A stretch of 63,998 bases of DNA, counting the filler, from Globobulimina sp. (taxonomy: Eukaryota), in the NCBI GenBank assembly GCA_003354225.1. It is 52 parts of 52 records of this genome, joined end to end, with 100 filler letters (N's around TTAATTAATTAA, not from the genome) between each part and the next. Parts side by side here need not be neighbours in the genome. Positions count along the whole stretch, not along the records: positions 1 to 1,134 come from PIVH01022686.1; positions 1,235 to 2,368 come from PIVH01022687.1; positions 2,469 to 3,602 come from PIVH01022688.1; positions 3,703 to 4,836 come from PIVH01022689.1; positions 4,937 to 6,070 come from PIVH01022690.1; positions 6,171 to 7,304 come from PIVH01022691.1; positions 7,405 to 8,538 come from PIVH01022692.1; positions 8,639 to 9,771 come from PIVH01022693.1; 44 more parts are not named here. The stretch is one strand, 5' to 3'. Shown one piece after another: positions 1 through 12,337 of the stretch (position 1 is its first letter; each line of letters opens with the position of its first letter). The position numbers and the translations under genes are program-made. The notes beneath the pieces were generated by a model that did no database searches, was not told where the DNA came from, and saw only the letters and a program-made list of their open reading frames with translations.

Positions 1-1134
1 AGTCACTCCCATTGATTCTAATGTTACCTGTGCCGTTGTCCCTTGATCATTTTGAGCTGGGGGTTCACTCTCTACTTGATCTATGATCACTTCTCGGTGA
101 CTGTCGAACATTGTGTCGTCATTTTGACTTCGCTGCCTTTCTTCTTGTTCTTCTACCGATTCCCATGATGTATCATTTTCTTTTGTATTTTCTTCTTTTT
201 TAAAATCGCTCCATAAATATACTATTGGATTCACTGATCGTTGTTCCTTTTGTAATTCCTCTGGGGTCACTTCGGCACTTAGTGGCATGGACAATTCTTC
301 ATTCTGTATCTTCGGCTCCACATATGGTCGCAAGTGATTTTTGTGTCGAAACCATTTCTTTCCATTTGGATCATCTGGATCTACTAGTGTTACAGTTGTC
401 TCAAATATTTTTACCACCCTAAATGGTCCACTATAATGTAAATGGTATTTATTATTAGTATCCGCTTTTTTATTTGGTGACCATACAAAAACTTGAGCAC
501 CTTCTTCAATATCCAGTGGTTTCTGTCGTTTGTTTGGATATTCTAAAAATTTCCCTGTATTTTCCTCCGTTATTACCTCACATATATCCCTTGCTTCTCG
601 TGCATGCTTCCAAAGGCGTTTCCTGTAGTCAGCCATATCAGCGTATGTATCGACTGGTTCCAATCCCAGCAATCTATCAATGGGTAAAATTGGGTCCCTC
701 CCATATACTAAATTAAAAGGTGATTGACCTGTCGTCGTATTAACAGCTACATGCATACTATACATTGCACTATCGAGGAAATCATCCCATCGTTCACTCC
801 CGTTTCTCGCAACATACCGTTTTATAATACCTACCAAAGTTCGATTTGCTCTTTCTATTAAACCGTTTGTTGCTGGCATATATGCTGGCGAGCATCGATG
901 TGTAATACCCATACTTTTTAACAAATTCACAAATTCATACCCTTTGAAGTTTGTTCCATTATCGGTCGTAATTGCTTTGGGTATTCCATGCCGTGTTAGT
1001 ATCACTTTGGTGAGGGCTTTAATTGTTTCCTCAGTAGATGCAGTCTTCATTGGATAACATTCTGTCCATCGTGTAAATCTATCAATTGCATGGAAAATAT
1101 ATCGGCTCCCCGTTCTTGAACTTTCAATTGGCCC
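1..1134 (-). mobile_element. Ty3/gypsy LTR retrotransposon integrase (partial pol, open at both ends; not in ORF track)
   Basis: Manual minus-strand translation gives GPIESSRTGSRYIFHAIDRFTRW...RHGIPKAITTDNGTNF...PATNGLIERANRTL...TGQSPFNLVYGRDP...YSGPFRVV: rve DDE core plus GPY/F motif. Confidence 0.92.
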
Positions 1135-1234
1135 NNNNNNNNNNNNNNNNNNNNNNNNNNNNNNNNNNNNNNNNNNNNTTAATTAATTAANNNNNNNNNN
1201 NNNNNNNNNNNNNNNNNNNNNNNNNNNNNNNNNN
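1135..1234. other. Artificial contig linker N44-TTAATTAATTAA-N44 (first of 51 identical linkers)
   Basis: Identical 100-nt spacer recurs every ~1233 nt; contig lengths fall monotonically from 1134 to 1131. Confidence 0.99.
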
Positions 1235-2468
1235 GAACACGAGTGGGAACCCCATTGAGTTTGAAGGGAACCCAGGGAAACGATAGGGAGGTACCACCCA
1301 AAACGACGAAATGTGGGTAAACTGTTTGTCGGTATAGAATAAAATTACCACACATTATTGATTGATGGTTGCTGAATGACACCTTTATTGTTTGTGACAA
1401 CAGCTCTTGTCAGTACAGTATGTTCACTTGAGGATTCCATTGATTGAAGATTGAATGAATTGATAAATGAATGAATGAATTGATAAATGAACTGATCATT
1501 AATCTAATCTCCGGAAATGAGCTGAAAAGTATAAATACATACTTATGTGTACTGAGTCATAGAACATGTAACAGTGCAAAATAGCAATTTACTGACATGT
1601 GTTGAAGTTATGCATGAATGTTGTAACTTAACACAATAGGTTGTCAGTCTTCATGCTAAATTGTCACTACTGTTACGGTAGTATGGTGGTGGCACCTCTG
1701 CACGCAAAAAAGTACGGTAGCAAACAGGTGTTTTGCATCTGACTCCAAAAGATACGTCGGTTGTACGTAAGATAGCAAAATTGTTAAATAGCAGCGGAAT
1801 AATGTTTACTTAGGAGAGAGACCGTTCCACTAGGTAGCGATAAAAAATATCGAGACCGAAAGGCAATGTGCTCTGGACTAGTAAACATAATAAACAGCTG
1901 CACAGTGTTTAACAATTTTATGAATACGGGTACGCCGATATGTGTGAACATATCTTTGAGTGCATATACACAATACATTATATTTTGATTGGTTGTCGTT
2001 TGTCTTGTGAAAGACATCAAAGGTACTCAGGAAAGGTCTATCCTGGGGTTATTAAAAGGCGGAGTATGTCAAAGACTATCTCCTGAAAAAATAAACTAAC
2101 CTTTTATTTCCACGGATAGTTTCCTTTCCCAATTTGACAGATGGTTTTCGTTACAAATCGGCGGCTTGAAGGATGTTCGGTTGAGTGAGGATCAACTCTT
2201 CTGTCACCATGTCAAGACAAGTCGGAAAATCTTGTCTCTGATCGGCTGTTTGCTACATTTGCGTGGATGGTTGACCTACGTTCGGCTACATGACAGATAA
2301 GATCGATGGTATATGTTTATTACAAATAAATAACACATTAGTAGACGCGAACCATAGACAACAATAAANNNNNNNNNNNNNNNNNNNNNNNNNNNNNNNN
2401 NNNNNNNNNNNNTTAATTAATTAANNNNNNNNNNNNNNNNNNNNNNNNNNNNNNNNNNNNNNNNNNNN

Positions 2469-3210
2469 AGAAATTTGTTTTTCTAAATTTAATTTGAACG
2501 CATTATTTTTAGCTGTGGACGCCTTGTGTGCCTTATATGCCTCTGGCGGCAATACGGGCCTCTCTGTCTCCTCCGGACATGGCGTGACCTGCGTTGTGCC
2601 CATATATGAAGGCTACGTCATACCGCACGCCGCACAAAGATTAGAATACGGCGGCTATGACATCAGTAATTACTTGAAAGACAAGTTAAATTTGCATGGC
2701 TTATTTCGCTCCTTATTGTCGGAGAATAAGTTTGCAGATTCATTGAAGCAAAAATTAAGTTATGTCGCCCAGGATTATAAGAGCGAGAAACAACACACGA
2801 TGTTCGAAAGGATTGTGTATCGATTGCCGGATGGCTCAGAAATTGAAGTCGGCCAAGAAAGGTTTGAATGTACAGAGCCGTTGTTTAATAATTTGAGTAT
2901 CTCCAATTTGGTGAACAAATCGCTATTGAATGCATCTGACGATATTCGGCAAGTTTTGTTCGAAAATATTGTGTGTTCGGGCGGCAATACAATGTTGAAG
3001 GGCTTTGATGAGCGCTTAAAAAAAGAAGTGGATAATAATGCGCCAGAGAACAGTGGATGGAAAACCAGAGTGTTTGGCTTAGTGGATCGAAAGTTGTCGT
3101 GTTGGATCGGTGGGTCTATTATGGCTTCATTGTCCCACATGGATCAATTGTGGATTACAAGGAAACAATATCAGGATATTGGACCAAATATACTTAACAG
3201 ACAATATTAA
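2469..3210 (+). CDS. Divergent actin / actin-related protein (5' partial)
   Basis: ALYASG.NTGL, SGHGVTCVVPIYEGY, YRLPDGSEIEVGQERF, NIVCSGGNTM, WIGGSIMASL, ITRKQY. Confidence 0.92.
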
Positions 3211-3548
3211 TGTTTTCTATCTTTCTTCTTTTCTCTCGTAAATCGTAATGTGTTTTAGTAACATAAATTGTACTGTCTTTTTTTTCTTTTTTCTCTACTT
3301 TGTTTTGTTTTTTTTGTGTTTTTTAAATTTAATTTGCTTTTTTTCCTTGTTTAATTATTGAGTGTTTGATTGTCTCCGTGAAAAAAATACAAATTAAAAA
3401 ACACACGTTTTCATTGTTTTTGTGTCATTTATTATTTATTTTTATCTCTTCCGGTTCTTCGATGATGCGCATACTTGTTAACCTGCTTTTTGTTGGATCT
3501 GTAGCCAAAGTTAACTATATATATCGCTTTCAAAAACAAAAAAAAAAG

Positions 3549-3602
3549 TACCCACTGCGAGACTCGAACTCGCGACCCTCTGCGTGTGGAGCAGATGTCA
3601 TA
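3549..3602 (-). tRNA. tRNA-Val(CAC), 3' part only (cut by contig end)
   Basis: Minus strand: anticodon stem TCTGC/GCAGA, loop TCCACAC, T-arm GCGAG-TTCGAGT-CTCGC, acceptor 3' strand AGTGGGT-A, then a T-run (Pol III terminator). Confidence 0.85.
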
Positions 3603-4049
3603 NNNNNNNNNNNNNNNNNNNNNNNNNNNNNNNNNNNNNNNNNNNNTTAATTAATTAANNNNNNNNNNNNNNNNNNNNNNNNNNNNNNNNNNNNNNNNNN
3701 NNAGAACCACCTGAACCACCAGCTAGAACATTAAACAGACTAAACCTTTTCGCTTTTTTATAATTATATTTTGTTTTTAAACTAATATACCATCATTTTA
3801 AACAAAGAAGACAGCATAATTCACTAAATGACCGAAAATAGCTTAAAGCAGCTAACTTCGAAGCACTAGAACCTAAGAAGCTCAGAAACAAATCCTTGCT
3901 GGTAGATATTTCAGAGTATTTAGGACAGCTTGGTCCGAACCGAAACCGATATTTCCCCTCCTCTGCGATGAAGGCCGAAGTAGAAACTATGTTAGCTTTA
4001 AAAATGGTTTGACTAAAAAAACTAACAACTACATTGGATTCGTATATGT

Positions 4050-4836
4050 CCCCACCCAGCATAATAAAACAAATTTCAGCTGAATCCAACCAATATTGAA
4101 CGTTTTATAATGATAACTCTTTCACTCCACGACCCCGCGAATCGGTGGTTACGAAATCGCCGAACCGAAATTGACATGTATTTTGTGTGTTTGTCAATGT
4201 ACCCAATACCCACAAAACAAATTTCAGCTAAATTCAACCAATATTGAATGTTTTATAACCATTCCCATTTCACTCCGCGACCCCGCGAATCGCCGAACCA
4301 AAATTAATATCTATTTTATGTTTGTCCATGTACCCAATACCCACAAAACAAATTTCAACCCAATTCGACCAATATCGAACGTTCTATAACGATTCCAATT
4401 TCACTTCGCGACCCCGCGAATTTCCGGTTCCTGAATCGCCTAACCAAAATTTACATCTATTTTAAGTTCGTCAATGTGCCCAGTATCACACAAAAAAAAT
4501 ACAGCCGAATCCGACCAATATTCAAGGTTTTATAACCATTCCCATTTCACTTCGCCACCCCGCGAATCTCCGGTTCCAGAATAGCCGACCCGAAATTGAC
4601 ATTTATTTTGTGTTCGCCAATGTGCCCAATACCCTCAAAACAAATTTCAGCTCGATCTAGTCAATATTGAACGTTTTATAACGATTCCCATTTCACTTCG
4701 TGACCCCGCGAATCTCTGGTTCCGGAATCGCCGGACCGAAATTGACATTTATTTTGTGTTCGTCCATCCACCCAATACCCACAAAACAAATTTCAGCCGA
4801 ATCCGACCAATATTGAACGTTTTATAACCATTCCCA
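4050..4836. repeat. Tandem satellite, ~146-bp unit, ~5.5 diverged copies
   Basis: AAAACAAATTTCAG...CCAATATTGAACGTTTTATAAC...CGACCCCGCGAATC recurs at ~4066, 4214, 4345, 4492, 4637, 4783. Confidence 0.92.
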
Positions 4837-4936
4837 NNNNNNNNNNNNNNNNNNNNNNNNNNNNNNNNNNNNNNNNNNNNTTAATTAATTAANNNNNNNN
4901 NNNNNNNNNNNNNNNNNNNNNNNNNNNNNNNNNNNN

Positions 4937-6070
4937 AAAAACAAAAACACACAAATAAATTACATGTAATGCACTCATTTTGTGATTTTATAAATTTCCG
5001 TAAGATTGAAGCAGAGTTTGATAATGGCATAAATAGCCAAAATAGGAATGTTATGAATGGCAGAAATGGTAGAAATGGCAGAGGCAGATCTAAATCCGTG
5101 GAACAACGAATTGTAACCAATCAGAAAATATTTAATGTATTGATGGCATCTCCAATTGGCATAAATTGTTTATTTGAACACCTCAAACATGAATTTAGTA
5201 TCGAAAATGTATTGTTTTTCATAGAGATTGTGCAATGGCTATATTTTGTCACCGATAAAGATTTTGATAATTTCCATATTAATCCATTGACAGATATTCA
5301 AATTGAATTTTGTGACATTGTTCCGGTCTCATCAATAAATAGCAATAATTCTGATGATTGGTATACGAAAATAAATAAAATATATACTAAATATATTAAA
5401 TCATCGGCTGAATATCAAATAAATCTTCCAGGCACTCTACAAAACGAATATTATCATTTATTTCGTTTATTTGAGATTAAAATTCAAATCGCAAACGGAA
5501 TTTATAAACCAAAATTAAAGCGAAAAACACATTCAAAAAATACATTTTGGAATAGGTCAAAGATATGGAATAAGGGCAAAGAAAATAATAATACTAATAA
5601 TAGTCATCAACCAATACCATTTACGAATTATAATTCGGAGATTATTGAAATAAATCCACCCCAAACAAGTGGTAAAATATCGGATATTAATATTCCAAAA
5701 TTCCAAATTCAAATTAGTGCAATAAATGCATGTACACCAATGCATCAATTAATTCCCGAAAATAAAACCTTAACTCCAGGTATCGGCACCGGCGCGTTTG
5801 AACTCGTTGAACATAAATATAATGGCACTGTGGATTTGGGTGCGATTAATTTATTTAATAACAGGGAAAAGTTAAATGATGAATTGGGATTAGAACAAAA
5901 GCCACATTGGAGTGAAGGTGATGAAATTGCGAGAAAGCGAATAAAAAAGAAATTGAAAATGTCACCTAAAATTAAAGCTTGCTCTCCAATTATGATTAAA
6001 CCAATTTTAGCACCGCTAAATACATTTGTTATTAACCAATCCATTGTGACTGATGACGACAGTGACGATG
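4937..6070 (+). CDS. RGS-domain protein (partial)
   Basis: GINCLFEHLKHEFSIENVLFFIEI...IYTKYIKSSAEYQINL matches the RGS box. Confidence 0.85.
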
Positions 6071-6670
6071 NNNNNNNNNNNNNNNNNNNNNNNNNNNNNN
6101 NNNNNNNNNNNNNNTTAATTAATTAANNNNNNNNNNNNNNNNNNNNNNNNNNNNNNNNNNNNNNNNNNNNCAAATTGCTGCAAAATAACAGATAAAAAAA
6201 ATGATATTTTTATTTTCTATCAGTTGGGTATTTGTGTAATCAGCACAATGAACAAGCTCCGAGAGTTTCAGTGTAATGGGCTGCTAAGCCTTATATCTCG
6301 ACCATGTTCATTGGGATTGATCTCATATTACTTCACGATTAAAGCAACTACAATAAATTTACGGAGCGCAGCAGGCAATCATCAGATAAAAAACATTTTA
6401 ATTTTATATTCAAACTTACCTTCTTTTATTGTAATTTTCTTATCAGCGATGTAATTGGTGCTTTAATTTGGGTGTTGTTTGTGAATGGATTGCGTAGAAG
6501 AGAGGAATGTGTTGAGTGTTGAGTGTATGAATGAAAACTGCAAGCTAGATAATATCTGCGAAGTCGAATCGTATGTAATAAAAATAAGCAATAAAAAAGA
6601 AGAACAATAAATCTTGCGTATATATGCAAATAATATAATATTATTCGAGTGGAATGTAAATAAAAATGGA

Positions 6671-7304
6671 TCACAAAAGGCTTATACTGGCATCATCTCC
6701 AAGCAATCTGGTGGACTTTGAGTCGCTATGACTGTTTGTTGAATGTAAAGATGGCAATGTTAATAAATGAAGACCGGCTTCATGCTGTTTATAATTATCA
6801 TTATGAGCCAATGTTGATTTTATTTTGATTGGTTCTTTAACATCCATTACAAAGCAGTACCATCCCTTTTGAATAAATTTAATAACATTGCAATTTATAT
6901 ATTTTCCATAAAATAAACTATTTTTCTTCAATGTATTTTGTTTTATTTCATGTTGTAATTTGATATCTGAATAAACCACAATTTTATCCACAATAACTTT
7001 AAGCAACACGTGATCGTAGCAATCATCATCTGAATCATACTCATCATAATCGCCTGGTGTCGCGCTCTTATTTGGCATAGTTATTGGCGAAAAATTTGAT
7101 ATATTTGATTTTACTCTAAAATGAGGCAATTTTACACTTCTCATAACCTCATGTTCTATATCTTTATATGATTTTGTATCTGAGATTACTGGTTTCATTG
7201 CACCCTTTGCTGCATTTACGTGCACTTTTAAATCTCGAGTGGAACAAAAAAGACCATTTTCAAGTTTAACTACTTTTGCATTTATGTATTGTCCATAAAC
7301 CAAT
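6671..7304 (-). CDS. Hypothetical protein with internal repeat (5' partial)
   Basis: 210-aa ORF; YGQYINAKVVK and YGKYINCNVIK repeat. Confidence 0.55.
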
Positions 7305-7429
7305 NNNNNNNNNNNNNNNNNNNNNNNNNNNNNNNNNNNNNNNNNNNNTTAATTAATTAANNNNNNNNNNNNNNNNNNNNNNNNNNNNNNNNNNNNNNNN
7401 NNNNTATTTAACAAAAAGGTACTACTATT

Positions 7430-7890
7430 TTGTCCAAGAAAAATAAGAACAAACCAGACGATACGGCCCCTGTCCAACGGAAAGGCGCGCTCAGAGAAAA
7501 TGTCGAAGCAATAATAATAGCTCTCATTCTTGCACTTTTCATACGCACCTTTTTTGTCCAGGCTTTTAAAATCCCCACAGGTTCAATGCTTGAAACGCTC
7601 CAGATAGGTGATCATATCCTTGTGAATAAATTCATCTACGGTGTTAAAATTCCTTTTGCGCAAAAAACCGTTATACCAGTAAAAAACCCAAAAAAGGATG
7701 ATATTATTGTCTTCATCTATCCCGTTGACAAGCGTGATTTTATCAAACGTGTTGTGGGTGTTGGCGGAGATACGATAGAAATTAAAAATAAAAAAGTATA
7801 CATAAACGGTAAATTCACAGGAAATAAACCCTTTATTAAAACCGGGTCCCATACTATTCAGGATTGCGGCATAAAGGGAAATGAGTTTCA
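7430..7890 (+). CDS. lepB: Bacterial signal peptidase I, truncated before box E by a junction with eukaryotic DNA
   Basis: RENVEAIIIALILALFIRTFFVQAFKIPTGSM (Ser), GDHILVNKFIYG, DFIKRVVG (Lys); GDNR box absent; deltaproteobacterial-like by recall. Confidence 0.92.
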
Positions 7891-8508
7891 GGATATATGG
7901 CAGAAACACATGGCGCAGCTGTTTTGCTTGGCATTACATACTCAAATGAGCCTAATGCCGCATCGGCACCATTATTATATTCAAATTGTCGTAAACTACC
8001 TTCATTGGCAAATACTATGGAATAATCACCCCATGGAGAGGAACATTGAGAATTCATTGTTCCCAAAGTGATGGGTAACAATCCCACCTGATTATTAATT
8101 TATTATTTATTATTGTGATTGATATATTGGCTATTGACAAATTGATAAACATATATTTGTATATTTCTTTAGTTTTGATCAATGGCCAATATATAAATAA
8201 ACAATATAAAAATGAGTACATCAGTGAATGCTTCTGTATCTAAATCATAATACCATATTACATTTGAGTAACTTCCAACAAGCCATATCCTATGCGTTGA
8301 TGGTTCATAACCTGTGCTCGATGTGAGATTGTTAGTATTTGATGGGATGTGTGCCGTACAAAAAAAATACACCTGTAAATAACACTGCCTCTTCAGCAGG
8401 CATTGGTGTTGATGTGATTTGTGTCCATCCTGTTAATGGATGTGCTATTTGTGATTTACTGATTTGCTGAATTATTAAAAAAGTTAACCACTGACAAGAC
8501 AAAAGCAT
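7887..8508 (-). CDS. Eukaryotic secreted kelch-like protein, 3 exons, 3'-truncated
   Basis: Spliced MLLSCQWLTFLII...FTG/YEPSTHRIWLVG...FTD/VGLLP...FANEGSLRQF...APCVSAIYP; paralogous to 22202-22420 (FVNEGILREF...APCVSAMYP). Confidence 0.8.
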
Positions 8509-8638
8509 TGTGACTTTTTGCTGCTAAAAAACTGCTAANNNNNNNNNNNNNNNNNNNNNNNNNNNNNNNNNNNNNNNNNNNNTTAATTAATTAANNNNNN
8601 NNNNNNNNNNNNNNNNNNNNNNNNNNNNNNNNNNNNNN

Positions 8639-9355
8639 GGAACTCCGGAAGAAACCGAAGCTGACATGTCTCCAAAGCTGACTAGAAACAAACGGCAAAC
8701 AGCGACAGTCACTCACTCAACACCATTGGTACCAAAAATCGATCAAGTCGTTTTCTGTACAGCGCTGACACTGTTAGCTTTGATGTTAAGCTATGGAGAT
8801 GCTATTGTTGCACCAACCCTGAATGAAATGAGGTATAACGGGTTATGCCAATATACATTCCCCAACATGGGTTTTGCAAATTCAAGTTCACAAGGTTTAG
8901 TTTCCATTTCCGATTCATCAGTTTTTCATTCATTAAACTTTCTCTGTTCATCATATAAAAACTACAGTAAAATTGGCAACAAGTCACACCAGACAAATTC
9001 CATAAATATTTTTCGCAGTTTACCAAACTCACAGGAAGTCTTCAATGTAACTGTGTATGGGCGCAGCTTATGGCCAGGCAAATTATATTGTAACCCAGTG
9101 TTACATGGCGTTTTGCAATGGCCTTACATACGACTTCCAGTGGTTTTTGCTACCACAAGTTCTGATCAAACTTTGTTAAGCAAAACACTTATCCCTAGCG
9201 AAAACTGTTATAAGCCCTTTCATAGTTATACCGTCGCGCCAATCAACAACTACATCATGGAACACATTCTTTCTATAAACTATCATTCAAATATCACCCA
9301 CAATACAAATTCTATCATAGAAAGAAAAGAAAAAACACACAGTACACAACTATAA
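8639..9355 (+). CDS. Hypothetical ORF with internal signal-peptide-like segment (possible env-like retroelement ORF)
   Basis: Frame open from contig start; hydrophobic VVFCTALTLLALMLSYGDA followed by Cys and N-glycosylation sequons. Confidence 0.35.
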   Translation, partial: GTPEETEADMSPKLTRNKRQTATVTHSTPLVPKIDQVVFCTALTLLALMLSYGDAIVAPTLNEMRYNGLCQYTFPNMGFANSSSQGLVSISDSSVFHSLNFLCSSYKNYSKIGNKSHQTNSINIFRSLPNSQEVFNVTVYGRSLWPGKLYCNPVLHGVLQWPYIRLPVVFATTSSDQTLLSKTLIPSENCYKPFHSYTVAPINNYIMEHILSINYHSNITHNTNSIIERKEKTHSTQL

Positions 9356-9871
9356 CTACACAACAGTAGGGTCCTTCTTTAAAACGTTACTTCTTGCTCT
9401 AACTTAAATGGCAGTATGATATATTGTTGCATATAACTTATATATTCTTTTACCAAATGCTACCGGTTAAACGGTTACATCTTGCTCAAAACTTAAACTT
9501 CCACTGTTACGGTAATTATACTATGTGCATGTCTATTCTGTGTTCCATTTTCAACATATATTTTTACCATATACCTATTAGTATTTCGTCTGTCGAAAAA
9601 CAAAAAAATGTTTTATTCCTCTTAATTTTGCATAATTCAAAAATTCCAAAAAAATTCTATTCATTTGTATTTCATTTTATTGCATTATATTTAGCTTCAT
9701 TGTGTTTCTTATCGGTTTGGTATGTCGCGGACGACATACTTGTGAAGGTCGGCATGTAATGTAATAAAATGNNNNNNNNNNNNNNNNNNNNNNNNNNNNN
9801 NNNNNNNNNNNNNNNTTAATTAATTAANNNNNNNNNNNNNNNNNNNNNNNNNNNNNNNNNNNNNNNNNNNN

Positions 9872-10381
9872 TATAACGAATATCAGTCGTGGATGGTGGC
9901 CTATATTTCGTGGATATCCATCCAATGGGTCGAAGATGGCCTCATTCGAATAATGTTTGTCTTTGGATACTATCAAAACGTATTTGATTATGATGAGTTT
10001 AGGTTAAATATATTAGGAATTCAATTTAAAAGAAAGAACGACATCATGGAGGCTTCGGGATGGCATAATTGTTGGATACCGGCTACATTTGCCTTATTAC
10101 CCGCTGCCATCATTGGATTTATTACAAACTATATATTTCAGGAAGAATTTGTGTTGGAATGCGATGCTGATTTATTAAATGGCGATATATGTTATCAGGG
10201 GAAAAAAGGATGCTGTGTTGTTTTATCATCGCATGATTTCTCAAATTATGATTCTATGTTAGATTTTGGCTCGATCTTAGCATCGAATATCATTGCTGTT
10301 TATGGGTTAATACGGATATTTGCGTGGTTTATGATCAGCCAAACCAAACAGTATAAAGGAATGGCACAAAAAGCAGAATAA
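9872..10381 (+). CDS. Multi-pass membrane protein, 3' part
   Basis: Several hydrophobic helices flanking a Cys-rich loop. Confidence 0.65.
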   Translation, partial: YNEYQSWMVAYISWISIQWVEDGLIRIMFVFGYYQNVFDYDEFRLNILGIQFKRKNDIMEASGWHNCWIPATFALLPAAIIGFITNYIFQEEFVLECDADLLNGDICYQGKKGCCVVLSSHDFSNYDSMLDFGSILASNIIAVYGLIRIFAWFMISQTKQYKGMAQKAE

Positions 10382-10739
10382 GTATATATTTATATAATTG
10401 TAAGACTTTCTATCATTATTTAATTGTAGAATATGCTTTCTTTTTTTTTTCAGAGGCTAAAAAACGTTATTTGAGAAACGTTATTTTAGAGCATGTCAAC
10501 TTGGCAAAATCATGTCAATGCAGCTATGAGTTGGGATTTACAAAAGTGAACAGTATCCACAGAATCAATTATAAAACACTTGCTTCTTCATCATCAACTG
10601 ATATTGCAACCTTATGGTATAGTTAGGAGAGGAGTTATCATTTCTTGCGTTTCCAACAAAAGGAAGAACCAACACAAACAAATAGTTACTAAATAGTTGC
10701 TAGTAGAAAACCTTTTCTCGAGTTTAGCAGATTCACAGT

Positions 10740-11004
10740 ATGGGAAATCTTATGTCTGCAAATGTTAGTCAGAAATCAAATATGTTCGATTCATTATCTG
10801 ATGACTTAATTATTTCAATTTTAATTTATAACTTGGATGACAGAGCGTTACATATGATATTTGATTTAAAAAGAGTCAATAAACAATTTTATTCTGCGTT
10901 GAACCCAAATAATAGTCGCGTTAATATGATGTGGAGGCAAATCTGTACCAATACATTTCCCAATACATATATACCAAATAAATTAAAAATGAAACGTTGG
11001 GATC
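10740..11004 (+). CDS. F-box-like protein (3' partial)
   Basis: FDSLSDDLIISILIY...LKRVNKQF...MWRQIC; MG start. Confidence 0.65.
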
Positions 11005-11104
11005 NNNNNNNNNNNNNNNNNNNNNNNNNNNNNNNNNNNNNNNNNNNNTTAATTAATTAANNNNNNNNNNNNNNNNNNNNNNNNNNNNNNNNNNNNNNNN
11101 NNNN

Positions 11105-12019
11105 TGCATTATATCATACAATATCTTATTCACAGCACAAAAAAAAATTAACCCAACCACAAAGATCCGGAAAACAATCCATTTATTTATCATTTTTATT
11201 AATATTTTTGGCAATGCTTGATTTGCTAACATTAATCGTTGAAACATATGATCCAATACAGAGAAAAGCATTTTGTTTAATTATCCAACATGGCGGTACC
11301 ATCAGTTATGCACTATTTAAATGCACGACATATTTAACATTAATAATGCGATCATATGAAAGCTTCAATGAATCAATTCTTGAGTATAAAACAAAATATT
11401 TACTCTATTTGAGCAGCGTTTTAATTGCATGGACATTATGTAATATTGTGATTGGATTATTATTAATTGATAGCACCGTCGATACTCAATCTGTGCCCGT
11501 TTGTGTCATTTCGTTTCCGTGGTTTTTACCTGTTTCGTGGGGTTTATGTGATGTTTTTTCTATTGTTTGCTGTTCCTATTTGTTCATTAAACCGATTTTT
11601 AAATTAAGAGCACAAATGAAAATGAATAAAGCGTCGGATGACACCTTGGCTCTCAAATATGTGGCATTGAAACAATGTGTGTTATCATCGATTGCATGCT
11701 TTACAACAATCTTAGCTTTGGTCATTATGGGAACGTTGCAAATGGCTCCTATTGCCATTGGGATTGATTTGAATGTGACCATTATCTGTATTATATTGAG
11801 TATGTTATATGTACGTCTCCAGATCGTTTTTAATATATTATTTATTTTTGTATATATACAGTGTATAAATGGAATAAATATATTATTTATTTTTGCTGTC
11901 CTCATTGCAGAGAGCATCTAACAACAAAGAATTTAGAATTAACTGTATCAAAAGCAGTCGGTGGGCAACAACCTGTTCCATCAAAAACATCTCAAACAAA
12001 AGAACAGTCCGACGAATGA
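11105..12019 (+). CDS. 7TM/GPCR-like membrane protein (5' partial), intron 11800-11861
   Basis: Six to seven hydrophobic helices; removing the GT..AG intron restores LMYKWNKYIIYFCCPHC...DE*. Confidence 0.75.
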
Positions 12020-12337
12020 GTCAAAGAATTTACTTAGTTTTTTATTTTTTGTGTGTTTAAATTCGTTTCGTGTGTTGAGTGACGAACGAATATTCCTCTC
12101 TTTTTGAATATATTTTTTTTGCGTTTGAATGGATGGTAATTGTTGTTATTGGTTGTTATTACCATTTCTAATAAACTAATATTTTCCAATGTTAAAAGTA
12201 GTGATGCTTTCTAAATATATACACAATTTAGAACAATNNNNNNNNNNNNNNNNNNNNNNNNNNNNNNNNNNNNNNNNNNNNTTAATTAATTAANNNNNNN
12301 NNNNNNNNNNNNNNNNNNNNNNNNNNNNNNNNNNNNN

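Noticed and set aside
225..716. Short plus-strand ORFs here and many similar 60-140 aa ORFs overlapping larger genes
   Set aside because: Antisense or off-frame shadows of recognisable genes (here the integrase).
1135..1234. Regularly spaced TTAATTAATTAA as a biological repeat or array; ORFs ending in X...LIN
   Set aside because: Artificial linker embedded in N runs; those ORF ends are artefacts and cross-contig gene order is meaningless.
1235..2368. Possible RNA gene or LTR in a non-coding contig
   Set aside because: No recognisable structure, PBS/PPT or credible ORF; only a short TGAA/TAAA repeat.
4050..4836. Array as CRISPR
   Set aside because: The entire unit is repeated; there are no unique spacers.
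7891..8071. Novel C-terminal extension on LepB
   Set aside because: It is the antisense of the eukaryotic kelch exon beyond the junction.
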